Positions 1-9,247 of a stretch of 39,643 bases of DNA are shown piece by piece. Both the position numbers and the translations under genes were made by a program. Every line of letters starts with the position of its first letter. The stretch's first letter is position 1. Source of the stretch: a phage; the sequence record PZ386960.1. One strand, 5' to 3'. The notes beneath the pieces are model-generated. The model searched no databases, was not told the DNA's origin, and saw nothing but the letters and a program-made list of their open reading frames with translations.

Positions 1-1761
1 ATGGCACAATCCCAAGAAGCTAAGAACGCGCTAATCATTGCGCAACTTAAGGGTGACTTCGTGGCCTTCCTGTTCGTCTTATGGAAGGCTCTGAACTTAC
101 CTAAACCAACCAAGTGTCAGATTGATATGGCACGCACACTCGCTAACGGCGACCACAAGAAGTTTATCCTTCAGGCGTTCCGTGGTATCGGCAAGTCCTT
201 TATCACCTGTGCGTTCGTCGTGTGGGTCTTATGGCGCGACCCTCAACTTAAGGTTCTCATCGTGTCTGCCTCTAAGGAACGTGCGGATGCTAACTCCATC
301 TTCATCAAGAACATCATTGACCTGCTGCCGTTCCTTGCTGAGTTGAAACCTCGACCGGGACAGCGTGACTCCGTGATTAGCTTTGACGTAGGCTTGGCGA
401 AACCCGACCACTCACCTTCTGTGAAGTCTGTAGGTATTACTGGTCAGTTGACTGGTAGCCGTGCTGACATCATTATCGCAGATGACGTTGAGGTTCCCGG
501 TAATAGCTCTACTAGCTCCGCTCGTGAGAAGCTGTGGACATTGGTTACTGAGTTTGCTGCGTTGCTTAAGCCTCTTCCTACTAGCCGTGTTATCTACCTT
601 GGGACACCCCAAACCGAGATGACACTCTACAAGGAACTGGAAGACAACAAAGGGTACTCTACGGTAATCTGGCCTGCACAGTATCCACGCAACGACGCTG
701 AGGCTCTCTACTATGGCGACCGCTTGGCTCCTATGCTGAAGGCTGAGTACGATGAAGGCTTTGAGTTACTACGTGGTCAACCTACTGACCCTGTTCGATT
801 CGATATGGATGACCTCCGTGAACGTGAACTCGAATATGGTAAAGCTGGTTATACGTTACAGTTCATGCTCAACCCTAACCTGTCCGATTCTGAGAAGTAC
901 CCGCTGAGGCTCCGTGATGCCATTGTGTGCGCAGTGGACACTGAACGTGCCCCATTGTCCTACCAGTGGTTGCCGAACCGTCAGAACCGCAATGAGGAAC
1001 TTCCTAACGTGGGTCTGAAGGGTGACGACATTCACAGCTTCCATGTGTGTTCCTCTAAGACCGCTGAGTACCAGCAAAAGATTCTCGTCATTGACCCATC
1101 TGGTCGTGGTAAGGATGAAACGGGTTACGCAGTCCTCTACACCCTGAACGGCTACATCTACTTGATGGAAGTCGGTGGGTTCCGTGGTGGCTACGATGAC
1201 CCTACCCTAGAGAAGCTCGCTAAGAAGGCCAAGCAGTGGAAGGTACAGACGGTCGTACACGAGAGTAACTTCGGTGATGGTATGTTCGGTAAGGTATTCT
1301 CTCCGGTTCTCCTGAAGCACCACAAGTGTGCCTTAGAAGAGATTCGTGCTCGTGGCATGAAGGAGATGCGTATCTGCGATACTATCGAACCGTTGATGGG
1401 TGCACACCGCCTTATCATCCGTGACGAAGTAATCCGTGAGGACTACCAGACCGCTCGTGACCTCGATGGGAAACATGATGTTCGCTACAGTGCGTTCTAT
1501 CAGATGACCCGTATGACTCGTGAGAAGGGCGCTGTGGCACATGATGACCGACTTGATGCTATCGCATTGGGTATCGAGTTCCTTCGTGAAGGGATGCAGG
1601 TGGACTCTAAGGTAGGCGAAGAAGCCATGACCCTTGAGTTCCTTGAACACCACATGGAGAAACCTATCGTCGGTGGTGACATGGCTCGTGAGTTGGTGTC
1701 TGGAGGTGTGGACATCTACTATGAGGACGATGGCGATGGAGAGTGCTTCATTGAGTGGTAA
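1..1761 (+). CDS. gp19: Terminase large subunit (DNA maturase B)
   Basis: 586-aa ORF, same length as T7 gp19 and similar throughout as recalled ([26 protein letters not shown], GIGKS P-loop-like motif). The window 3' end supplies AAGGAG upstream if the sequence is circularised. Confidence 0.95.
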   Translation: MAQSQEAKNALIIAQLKGDFVAFLFVLWKALNLPKPTKCQIDMARTLANGDHKKFILQAFRGIGKSFITCAFVVWVLWRDPQLKVLIVSASKERADANSIFIKNIIDLLPFLAELKPRPGQRDSVISFDVGLAKPDHSPSVKSVGITGQLTGSRADIIIADDVEVPGNSSTSSAREKLWTLVTEFAALLKPLPTSRVIYLGTPQTEMTLYKELEDNKGYSTVIWPAQYPRNDAEALYYGDRLAPMLKAEYDEGFELLRGQPTDPVRFDMDDLRERELEYGKAGYTLQFMLNPNLSDSEKYPLRLRDAIVCAVDTERAPLSYQWLPNRQNRNEELPNVGLKGDDIHSFHVCSSKTAEYQQKILVIDPSGRGKDETGYAVLYTLNGYIYLMEVGGFRGGYDDPTLEKLAKKAKQWKVQTVVHESNFGDGMFGKVFSPVLLKHHKCALEEIRARGMKEMRICDTIEPLMGAHRLIIRDEVIREDYQTARDLDGKHDVRYSAFYQMTRMTREKGAVAHDDRLDAIALGIEFLREGMQVDSKVGEEAMTLEFLEHHMEKPIVGGDMARELVSGGVDIYYEDDGDGECFIEW

Positions 1762-1895
1762 TTAGATAAATATGCAGGAAAGGTGCATAGGTAATCACAC
1801 AAGGTGCTCCCAAAGGCCTTGTGGTTACTTTGTGTACATAGTGCTGTAACTGTATGTTTCTATTGGGGTTATAGAGGAGTTCACCTGTGGATAAT

Positions 1896-1918
1896 TAATA
1901 CGACTCACTATTGGGAAG
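1896..1918 (+). promoter_or_regulatory. Phage RNAP promoter (phiOR-like, downstream of gene 19)
   Basis: TAATACGACTCACTATT-GGGAAG; matches the T7 promoter at -17 to -2 with T at -1. Confidence 0.85.
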
Positions 1919-2073
1919 GGCCCCTAAGACAACTTAAAGACACTTAAAGATTGCATATGCAAAGTGCATACTTAGTGACTACTCTTAGAGACCCTTACAG
2001 TGTGGGATGATAGTAATTGTAATTACATCCCTACTAACAGTGTAACCATCAAGTATAACAAGGAGGACGCTCT

Positions 2074-2229
2074 ATGCGCTTACTATCCGTGCTCAAGACA
2101 CTGGCAACGCATCGAGCGACTTACAAATTTCTCGCTGTACTTGCTGCTTCCATTGGTCTCGCATCTAGTGCTGAACACATCGGTGAACTGGAGACTCTGC
2201 TTTGTTCTCTACTCACTTGTGTTTCTTAG
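2074..2229 (+). CDS. gp19.5: Gene 19.5-like small protein (51 aa)
   Basis: AGGAGG 8 nt upstream of ATG; translation MRLLSVLKTLATHRATYKFLAVLAASIGLASSAEHIGELETLLCSLLTCVS resembles T7 gp19.5 as recalled. Different frame from the listed 2000..2248 ORF. Confidence 0.7.
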   Translation: MRLLSVLKTLATHRATYKFLAVLAASIGLASSAEHIGELETLLCSLLTCVS

Positions 2230-2319
2230 ACTGCTCATTGGCGCTTAGTGCGCTCTTAGTGATTATGGTCGATATTCATCTTCCCTATAATCACTGTAAG
2301 AAGTCAACTCTAAGAGTAA

Positions 2320-2740
2320 CCCTTATGTAACCTCTATGGTCTACAGGGTCTCTTAGGGTCTCTCACGCAGTCTCACCTTATGATAGAGCCTGTATGGTTA
2401 ACCTTATGAGTCCTTGATGTACCCTTTAAGAATCCTACAGAAAAATCTGAGTGAGTATCTCATAGTTCATAAACACCGAGTTCCCCCCCTATGGCCTCCT
2501 TCAGTTCCACCCAAAGAGTGCCACCCCTAGGGTAACTTTATGTTTACTTAATGTCAATCCTTATGTGTGACATTGGGATGACTTAGGGTTAACCACTAGA
2601 TATGGTGCTTAGTGTGACCTTATGACCACTATATGTGGTCCTCTCTGTGTCCCTATCTGTAAGTGACCTTATGACCTCTTAGAGTCATCACCTTATGTCA
2701 TCACCTTATGTCAGACCAGCGACCACTATCCTTATGTTAA
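2320..2740. repeat. Array of at least 9 dispersed CCTTATG heptamers flanking and inside the terminal-repeat region
   Basis: CCTTATG seen near 2322, 2375, 2402, 2549, 2628, 2666, 2691, 2704, 2730; analogous to the CCTAAAG repeats around the T7 terminal repeat. Confidence 0.6.
2457..2670. repeat. Direct terminal repeat (single collapsed copy) with genome left end near 2457
   Basis: TCTCATAGTTCATAAACACCGAGTTCCCCCCCTATGGCC at 2457 resembles the T3/T7 left terminus; CTCTCTGTGTCCCTATCTGT at about 2641-2660 resembles the end of the T7 terminal repeat. Boundaries approximate. Confidence 0.5.
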
Positions 2741-2903
2741 CCTTCAGTCGGTGCCTTCAGTTTATCAGTGACCAGTAGGCTTAGTCACAAAGGAGATTCA
2801 CTATCTTACTCTGTTTAGCAGTCTCTGAGTAATGAGAGAGAGACAAGTAGAATTGACTGAGTGCTTATAGTGCCTTAAAGGCGACTAAGAGTCAATCCCT
2901 GAT

Positions 2904-2926
2904 TAATGCGACTCACTAATGGGAAG
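2904..2926 (+). promoter_or_regulatory. Phage RNAP promoter (phiOL-like)
   Basis: TAATGCGACTCACTAAT-GGGAAG. Confidence 0.75.
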
Positions 2927-2999
2927 TGTCTAATTATAATCCCTTCCTTATAGGCTAACTTAAAGACTACTTAAAGATAACTTAAAGTCTAACTAAGGG

Positions 3000-3028
3000 T
3001 TGACTCTAAGAAACAGCTATGTTCTAAT
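3000..3028 (+). promoter_or_regulatory. Host sigma70 early promoter (A1-like)
   Basis: TTGACT, 17-nt spacer, TCTAAT; preceded by ACTTAAAG repeats as upstream of T7 A1. Confidence 0.55.
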
Positions 3029-3135
3029 GGCTACCAGTTGAGAGACACAACGCTAACAACTACCAGACAAGACCTAGAGTTATCTGGTAAGGCTGAAGGG
3101 TCTCAAGTAGTCATCAACCAGACATACGAAAGTGG

Positions 3136-3164
3136 TTGACTCAACGAAAGCAATAACGTAGTAT
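3136..3164 (+). promoter_or_regulatory. Host sigma70 early promoter (A2-like)
   Basis: TTGACT, 17-nt spacer, TAGTAT. Confidence 0.5.
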
Positions 3165-3231
3165 AGCAGTCGTCAACAACTGGTCGCCCTCTGAAACAAC
3201 ATGAGGTGTCACGGTGAGAAACAAAAAGTAG

Positions 3232-3261
3232 TTGACAAGTAGTAGCGATAAGATGTAAGAT
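3232..3261 (+). promoter_or_regulatory. Host sigma70 early promoter (A3-like)
   Basis: TTGACA, 18-nt spacer, TAAGAT. Confidence 0.55.
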
Positions 3262-3446
3262 GTACGACATAACGTTCTCGTGAAGTCCCACACTGAAAGG
3301 GACTCGGTGCTAACAAACCTGCACTTAAAGCTCTTTAACAATTTGGATAATAAGCACTCTTGAGATGACGACAACAGCGATTAACTCAAGGTGACTCGAA
3401 AGAGAAGCCTTTATGATAATCACTGCAACCACATAAGGTAATCATC

Positions 3447-3902
3447 ATGATTCACACTAAAGAGCAAGCTAACGTTTTCTATGTACTGGTAAGCGCATTC
3501 CGTTCTAACCTGCACCACTTGGATAACCTTAGTCGTCATCGTCGCTTAGTTAACAGCTTACGCAATGCACCTCTGGAATACGGTAGCGTTGAGTCTACAG
3601 ACTTAACTGGCTGTTATCATGAGGCTGGCATGGAGTCACCCTCTGAAGAGCAAACCATTCGAGTACGCTGCACGACTAAAGCTCAAGCTATAAGTGTCGC
3701 ACGGTTGGCTTGTAACGACTATGAGCAAGACTGTGTACTGGTCTATAAGTCACAGACTCACAACGCTGCACTAATCTTTGCTGGTGGCTTGGACGGTTGG
3801 AAGACTGAGCGTATCGGGTCGTTCCAGATGGTCGCACCTGAAGTTGAACTGACAGGCAACTACACGGTCGATGAGTTCGGACGTGGCTGGAAGGTAATCT
3901 AA
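3447..3902 (+). CDS. gp0.3: S-adenosylmethionine-cleaving anti-restriction protein (T3-type SAMase / SAM lyase)
   Basis: 151 aa; MIHTKEQANVFYVLVSAFRSNL...GSVESTDLTGCY...CVLVYKSQTH...IDEFGRGW matches T3 0.3 as recalled; not Ocr-like. Confidence 0.9.
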   Translation: MIHTKEQANVFYVLVSAFRSNLHHLDNLSRHRRLVNSLRNAPLEYGSVESTDLTGCYHEAGMESPSEEQTIRVRCTTKAQAISVARLACNDYEQDCVLVYKSQTHNAALIFAGGLDGWKTERIGSFQMVAPEVELTGNYTVDEFGRGWKVI

Positions 3903-4102
3903 TGGTCATGGCACTCTTTGTAATCACTGTGTACGCTCTGATTGGGGCGTACTTCCTAAGAGACTTCCGCAAGGGTCTCAAGGTACACAAGGCTAACTTC
4001 TCGCACTTGAAGTATGGCTTTCTACCACGATTCACAGTCCGTGAACGTAACGGGCGCTTTAAGGCTAACAAGGTTGGTATCTTCTATGTTGCAACACACT
4101 GA
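3902..4102 (+). CDS. Hypothetical small membrane protein (gene 0.4-0.6 region)
   Basis: 66 aa; ATG overlaps the 0.3 stop (TAATG); N-terminal hydrophobic helix LFVITVYALIGAYFL; early-region position. Confidence 0.45.
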   Translation: MVMALFVITVYALIGAYFLRDFRKGLKVHKANFSHLKYGFLPRFTVRERNGRFKANKVGIFYVATH

Positions 4103-4250
4103 TAGTTTAACTAAGAAAGTTCTGTACACACTGGCATATGGTGCTACCAACAAGACTCTAATGCGGGCATTGCACCTGAAGCGGATACCCGCCAGAAAGG
4201 TAGCAAAGGCATGTAAAGAAGCGCGTTTAATCCTCAATTCTCTCTCTTAA
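4086..4250 (+). CDS. Hypothetical small basic protein
   Basis: First ATG (MLQHTDSL...) of the 4014..4250 frame that lies beyond most of the preceding ORF; no clear SD. Confidence 0.3.
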   Translation: MLQHTDSLTKKVLYTLAYGATNKTLMRALHLKRIPARKVAKACKEARLILNSLS

Positions 4251-4263
4251 AGGACACAATCTA

Positions 4264-5367
4264 ATGAACTACACCGACATTCAGGCACGTCTGGCAATCA
4301 TCGAGTCACTCCCGATTAGCGAACTGGACAAGCGCCAGCCTCTTCTGGTTGCACTGGCTGCTGACATCGTGAACGGTGAGACAAGCGATGGCAACGACAC
4401 AGACGGGTCGCAGGGTCTTGAGTATCAGGACTGGTGGCACACTTTGGGTGCACTGATGCGTGATGCAGGTTTCCGCATGCTGGGTAATGGTCACTTCAGT
4501 GCAGCCTACTCGCACGAAATGTTACCGGGTCGAGTCATCAAGGTTGGCTTTAAGAAAGAGGATTCAGGCGCTGCATACACTGCATTCTGTAGGATGCACC
4601 AAGGCCGAGCGGGTATCCCTAACGTCTATCACGTAGCACGTCATGCAGGTTGCTACACAGTGGTGCTCGATAGGCTTCATAGCTGTGACCGCTACGCTAA
4701 CGATGTTCACGCAAAGTATGCAAGTGCTGCGCAGGAGTTCATTGAGTGCACTGGAGGTGATGCCGATTGGTACGCACAGTATGTTAGCAAGGAGTTCATT
4801 GAGACATGCAAGATGATTCGTGAGTTCTTCCACGGTATTGCATCTTTCGACATGCACAGCGGGAACATTATGTTCGATGACAACGATGTCCCGTACATCA
4901 CTGACCCGGTTAGTTTCTCACATGACCGTGAACGTGAGGACGGTTTCCCTCTGGACCCTGATGCACTGATTGCCGAGGTCGAGGCGATAGCTAACGAGCG
5001 CATCATTGAACGTTGCCGCATCCGCAAGGCAAAGTGTGACCCTAACGGAACCTTTCAGGTTAACCGCAAGGCCGCAATGAAACGCCGCAAGCGCAACCGT
5101 AAGTTACGTGCTAAACATGCAGCGGAAGGAATGCAACAGTTTGTCAAAGAGCGTCTTGAGCGTAGAGCTATTGGCCGAAATGAACGCCGTGCTGAGATGT
5201 TCATGGGGTCTGGCTGGCACGACTTCTGGTTACGCAATGGTAACACACTGGTACGCAAGGTTGAACAAGTGAACGGCCTCAAGTGGCAACTAGGGGACCG
5301 CCTCGCAATACAGGCTGGTCGCCCTTTGAACATCGACAAGGTACTTGACGCTCAACTGATGGGCTGA
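4264..5367 (+). CDS. gp0.7: Ser/Thr protein kinase and host transcription shutoff protein
   Basis: 367 aa; ELDKRQ, GNGHFSAAYSH, VIKVGFKKEDSGAAYTAFCRM, GIASFDMHSGNIMF, YITDPVSFS match T7/T3 0.7. Confidence 0.93.
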   Translation: MNYTDIQARLAIIESLPISELDKRQPLLVALAADIVNGETSDGNDTDGSQGLEYQDWWHTLGALMRDAGFRMLGNGHFSAAYSHEMLPGRVIKVGFKKEDSGAAYTAFCRMHQGRAGIPNVYHVARHAGCYTVVLDRLHSCDRYANDVHAKYASAAQEFIECTGGDADWYAQYVSKEFIETCKMIREFFHGIASFDMHSGNIMFDDNDVPYITDPVSFSHDREREDGFPLDPDALIAEVEAIANERIIERCRIRKAKCDPNGTFQVNRKAAMKRRKRNRKLRAKHAAEGMQQFVKERLERRAIGRNERRAEMFMGSGWHDFWLRNGNTLVRKVEQVNGLKWQLGDRLAIQAGRPLNIDKVLDAQLMG

Positions 5368-5371
5368 TAAG

Positions 5372-5412
5372 GTGTATCTTCAAGGTCGGCACTAACTGCT
5401 GGCCTTCATAGA
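5372..5412 (+). promoter_or_regulatory. RNase III-type processing hairpin (R1-like) upstream of gene 1
   Basis: CAAGGTCGGCACTAACTGCTGGCCTTCAT forms an imperfect stem with G-U pairs; related to the conserved element at 8751, 9270 and 16319. Confidence 0.45.
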
Positions 5413-5439
5413 TAAACTTTCTTAACAACGAGGCACACA

Positions 5440-8088
5440 ATGAACGTAATCAACGCACCAAAGAATGACTTCTCTGACATCGCTAACGCAATCCAGCCGT
5501 ACAACATTCTGGCTGACCATTACGGTGCACATCTGGCGGCTACGCAGTTACAGTTAGAACACGAAGCGCACACTGAGGGCGAGAAGCGTTTCCTTAAGGC
5601 AATGGAGCGTCAAATCAAAGCTGGTGAGTTCGGTGATAACGCAGTGGCTAAACCGCTCCTGTCATCCCTCGCACCGAAGTTCATCGAAGCGTGGAACACT
5701 TGGTTCACTGAAGTGGAAGCGAAGCGTGGCAAGCGTCCAGTGGCCTACAATCTGGTACAGAAGGTTGCACCTGAAGCTGCTGCATTCATCACACTGAAGG
5801 TCACACTGGCTTGCTTGACCAAAGAGGAATACACGAACCTTCAATCGGTCGCCACTAAGATTGGTCGCAGTATTGAGGATGAACTGCGTTTTGGTCGCAT
5901 CCGTGACGAAGAAGCGAAGCACTTTAAGAACCATGTACAGGAGGCACTGAACAAGCGCGTTGGTATCGTCTACAAGAAAGCATTCATGCAAGCCGTAGAG
6001 GGCAAGATGCTTGATGCTGGTCAACTGCAAACCAAGTGGACCACATGGACACCTGAAGAATCAATTCACGTTGGTGTGCGCATGTTGGAACTGCTCATTG
6101 GTTCTACTGGTCTCGTTGAGTTACACCGCCCGTTCGCTGGTAACGTTGAGAAGGATGGCGAGTACATCCAGTTAACCGAGCAATATGTTGACCTGCTGTC
6201 TAAACGTGCTGGTGCACTGGCTGCAATCGCTCCGATGTATCAACCTTGCGTGGTCCCTCCGAAGCCGTGGACTTCTCCGGTTGGTGGTGGCTATTGGGCT
6301 GCTGGTCGCAAGCCTCTCTCTCTGGTTCGCACTGGTAGCAAGAAGGGACTGGAACGTTACAACGATGTGTACATGCCTGAAGTTTACAAGGCGGTGAACA
6401 TCGCACAGAATACTCCTTGGAAGATTAACAAGAAGGTTCTGGCAGTGGTCAACGAGATTGTGAACTGGAAGCATTGCCCGGTTGAAGATATACCCGCTCT
6501 GGAACGTGGGGAACTCCCGGTCAAACCTGATGACATCGACACCAACGAGGCATCGCTCAAAGCGTGGAAGAAAGCGGCCTCCGCAATCTACCGCAAAGAG
6601 AAGGCACGAGTGTCACGCCGCATGAGCATGGAGTTCATGTTAGGACAAGCCAACAAGTTCGCGCAGTTCAAGGCTATCTGGTTCCCGATGAACATGGACT
6701 GGCGCGGTCGTGTGTACGCTGTGCCGATGTTTAACCCGCAAGGCAACGACATGACCAAAGGCTTGCTGACGCTCGCTAAAGGTAAACCAATCGGTGTCGA
6801 TGGGTACTACTGGCTGAAGATTCACGGTGCTAACACTGCTGGTGTGGACAAGGTGGACTTTGCAGAACGCATCAAGTTCATTGATGACAACCACGAGAAC
6901 ATCATGAGCGTTGCGGCTGACCCGATTGCTAACACTTGGTGGGCTGAACAAGACTCTCCGTTCTGCTTCCTCGCGTTCTGCTTTGAGTATGCGGGAGTCC
7001 AGCACCACGGGATGAACTACAACTGCTCTCTACCTCTGGCGTTCGATGGCTCTTGCTCCGGTATTCAGCACTTCTCCGCGATGCTCCGCGATGAGGTCGG
7101 TGGTCGTGCTGTTAACCTGCTACCAAGTAAGGAAGTACAGGACATCTACCGCATTGTTGCCGAACGTGTGAACGAGATGCTCCGCGAAGCGGTAATCAAC
7201 GGCACTGATAACGAAGTGGAAACCGTGACCAATAAAGACACCGGAGAAATCACTGAGAAGCTCAAGCTGGGAACGAAAGAGTTAGCTGGTCAGTGGCTGG
7301 CCTACGGTGTGACTCGCAAGGTCACTAAGCGTTCGGTCATGACGTTGGCTTACGGTTCCAAAGAGTACGGCTTCCGTGACCAAGTTCTTGAGGACACCAT
7401 TCAGCCAGCTATCGACGATGGCAAGGGCTTGATGTTCACTCAACCGAACCAAGCGGCTGGCTACATGGCTAAACTGATTTGGGAATCGGTAACGGTCACA
7501 GTTGTCGCAGCGGTTGAAGCGATGAACTGGTTGAAGTCTGCTGCTAAACTTCTGGCTGCTGAAGTCAAGGACAAGAAGACTAAAGAAGTCCTCCGCAAGC
7601 GTTGCGCAGTACATTGGGTTACTCCTGATGGCTTCCCGGTCTGGCAGGAATACAAGAAGCCAGTACAGACCCGCTTGAACCTGATGTTCTTAGGCCAGAT
7701 TCGTCTACAGCCTACCGTGAACACCAACAAGGATAGCGGTATTGATGCTCGTAAACAGGAGTCAGGCATCGCACCTAACTTTGTCCACTCAATGGATGGA
7801 AGCCACCTGAGAATGACTGTAGTGCGCTCCAATGAGGTCTACGGTGTGGAATCCTTCGCACTGATTCACGACTCCTTTGGCACTATCCCGGCTGATGCTG
7901 GCAACCTGTTTAAAGCAGTGCGTGAAACGATGGTCAACACTTACGAAGAGAACGATGTACTTGCAGACTTCTATGAGCAATTTGCTGACCAGTTGCACGA
8001 ATCACAGCTTGACAAGATGCCTGAGATGCCAGCTAAAGGTTCTCTGGACCTGCAAGAAATCCTTAAGTCAGACTTTGCGTTTGCCTAA
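5440..8088 (+). CDS. gp1: Single-subunit DNA-dependent RNA polymerase
   Basis: 882 aa (T7 RNAP 883); near-colinear with T7 RNAP, including the specificity loop QPTVNTNKDSGIDARKQ and the C-terminal FAFA. Confidence 0.98.
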   Translation: MNVINAPKNDFSDIANAIQPYNILADHYGAHLAATQLQLEHEAHTEGEKRFLKAMERQIKAGEFGDNAVAKPLLSSLAPKFIEAWNTWFTEVEAKRGKRPVAYNLVQKVAPEAAAFITLKVTLACLTKEEYTNLQSVATKIGRSIEDELRFGRIRDEEAKHFKNHVQEALNKRVGIVYKKAFMQAVEGKMLDAGQLQTKWTTWTPEESIHVGVRMLELLIGSTGLVELHRPFAGNVEKDGEYIQLTEQYVDLLSKRAGALAAIAPMYQPCVVPPKPWTSPVGGGYWAAGRKPLSLVRTGSKKGLERYNDVYMPEVYKAVNIAQNTPWKINKKVLAVVNEIVNWKHCPVEDIPALERGELPVKPDDIDTNEASLKAWKKAASAIYRKEKARVSRRMSMEFMLGQANKFAQFKAIWFPMNMDWRGRVYAVPMFNPQGNDMTKGLLTLAKGKPIGVDGYYWLKIHGANTAGVDKVDFAERIKFIDDNHENIMSVAADPIANTWWAEQDSPFCFLAFCFEYAGVQHHGMNYNCSLPLAFDGSCSGIQHFSAMLRDEVGGRAVNLLPSKEVQDIYRIVAERVNEMLREAVINGTDNEVETVTNKDTGEITEKLKLGTKELAGQWLAYGVTRKVTKRSVMTLAYGSKEYGFRDQVLEDTIQPAIDDGKGLMFTQPNQAAGYMAKLIWESVTVTVVAAVEAMNWLKSAAKLLAAEVKDKKTKEVLRKRCAVHWVTPDGFPVWQEYKKPVQTRLNLMFLGQIRLQPTVNTNKDSGIDARKQESGIAPNFVHSMDGSHLRMTVVRSNEVYGVESFALIHDSFGTIPADAGNLFKAVRETMVNTYEENDVLADFYEQFADQLHESQLDKMPEMPAKGSLDLQEILKSDFAFA

Positions 8089-8095
8089 CGGAATC

Positions 8096-8118
8096 TAATA
8101 CGACTCACTATTGGGAGC
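8096..8118 (+). promoter_or_regulatory. Phage RNAP promoter (phi1.1A-like)
   Basis: TAATACGACTCACTATT-GGGAGC. Confidence 0.85.
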
Positions 8119-8177
8119 CTTCGGGCTTCCTAAACTTTAAGATACTTTAAGTTCTAACTTTAAGAGGAAACACAATC

Positions 8178-8735
8178 ATGTTTACTTTAATAACTTCAGT
8201 AGGCGCTCTCGTATCAACCATTCTTGCAGCAACATACTATAATCGTTCAAAGGTATTTCTCACTAAGCTAATAAAAGAAGAGAAGAACTCTCATGCACTC
8301 AAAGAGAGACTTGAAGATGGATGGCGAGAGAAGCAGGAACTAGCTGGTCGAATCCGTACCTTAGAGTTCGAACAACAATATGACATGTCGAACCAACGAG
8401 AACTCATTGAGCGTCTACGCACTGAGGCAGTGGAGTACCGCAAGGAACTTAAAGAGGCAAAGAGTATCATCCGTGAGTACACTCACAGTGACATCACGTC
8501 TATCAAGTTTACCGCTCACATACCGGATGCTGGATGGAAGCGCACTGAGTTCAAGCTGGGTATAGGGTCTTGCGGCAAAGAGGTTATATGTTTGCACTGG
8601 AAAGAACAAACCGACCGCTATCTGCTGACACAGACGTGCACTGACGGTGAGCGCAAAGAGTTCACCTATTATAAGAAAGATGTAGCTGGTCGCATTGAGA
8701 TTGCACGTAAGGTTGCAGACAATACGACTCACTAA
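8178..8735 (+). CDS. Hypothetical membrane-anchored coiled-coil protein (inserted between gene 1 and 1.1)
   Basis: 185 aa; GAGGAAAC SD; N-terminal TM segment (LITSVGALVSTILAATYY), charged heptad-rich region (residues about 30-100), Cys-containing C-terminal domain. No T7 counterpart recognised. Confidence 0.6.
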   Translation: MFTLITSVGALVSTILAATYYNRSKVFLTKLIKEEKNSHALKERLEDGWREKQELAGRIRTLEFEQQYDMSNQRELIERLRTEAVEYRKELKEAKSIIREYTHSDITSIKFTAHIPDAGWKRTEFKLGIGSCGKEVICLHWKEQTDRYLLTQTCTDGERKEFTYYKKDVAGRIEIARKVADNTTH

Positions 8736-8742
8736 TGGGAAA
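8720..8742 (+). promoter_or_regulatory. Phage RNAP promoter (phi1.1B-like), overlapping the 3' end of the 185-aa ORF
   Basis: CAATACGACTCACTAAT-GGGAAA. Confidence 0.8.
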
Positions 8743-8750
8743 CACTGAAA

Positions 8751-8793
8751 GTTAAACTCAAGGTCATCACTTCTGGTGGCCTTCATGATTAAC
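8751..8793 (+). promoter_or_regulatory. RNase III processing site (R1.1-like)
   Basis: GTTAAACTCAAGGTCATC...GGTGGCCTTCATGATTAAC; one of three near-identical 43-bp irregular hairpins. Confidence 0.6.
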
Positions 8794-8825
8794 TGTCAAC
8801 GATACTACCAAGAGGAAACAACACT

Positions 8826-8975
8826 ATGCGTACCAACTTCGAACCAACTACCAAGCGCAACAACGTAATCAACGAACACGGCGCTGAATGGCAGGAACGT
8901 AAAGACCGCATGAAGAAACGCCACAAGACACAACGTGGCAACGCTGAGAAACGCAACTGGAAGGAGGCACTCTAA
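8826..8975 (+). CDS. gp1.1: Gene 1.1 small basic protein
   Basis: 49 aa, highly basic (MRTNFEPTTKRNN...KKRHKTQRGNAEKRNWKEAL), position and composition like T7 gp1.1. Confidence 0.7.
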   Translation: MRTNFEPTTKRNNVINEHGAEWQERKDRMKKRHKTQRGNAEKRNWKEAL

Positions 8976-9247
8976 TGGGTCGCTTATATAGTGGTAACTT
9001 AATAGCATACAAAGACGCTATCGAACGCCTCAAAGAAGACCATGATGTAAGCGTGGTCGAAGAGACATTCCGTTATGAGAACTATGCACAACGCCGATGG
9101 GTATCCGGTGAGACTCTCCGCATTGTTCTACGCAATGGCCTCGTACTGACATCCAAGTGTTTCGAACAGTCAGACGAAGATGTCCGGTGCAACGCACAGA
9201 CTGAGTGGCTCCGCAAGGTACACGCAGACCTGAAGCACTGGAAGTAA
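8975..9247 (+). CDS. gp1.2: Inhibitor of host dGTP triphosphohydrolase
   Basis: 90 aa; MGRLYSGNL start and C-terminal DLKHWK like T7 gp1.2 (MGRLYSGNL...QLKDWK); start overlaps the 1.1 stop. Confidence 0.85.
   Translation: MGRLYSGNLIAYKDAIERLKEDHDVSVVEETFRYENYAQRRWVSGETLRIVLRNGLVLTSKCFEQSDEDVRCNAQTEWLRKVHADLKHWK

Noticed and set aside
2000-2248. 82-aa ORF listed in the six-frame track
   Set aside because: Begins at a non-ATG codon and is in a different frame from the 51-aa ORF 2074..2229, which has an AGGAGG SD and resembles T7 gp19.5; the 51-aa call is preferred.
3284-3304. Perfect 6-bp hairpin AGTCCC-N9-GGGACT in the A3 leader, considered as an R0.3 RNase III site
   Set aside because: Stem too short for a typical RNase III substrate and lacks the conserved motif seen at the other sites; could be a simple 5' stabilising hairpin.
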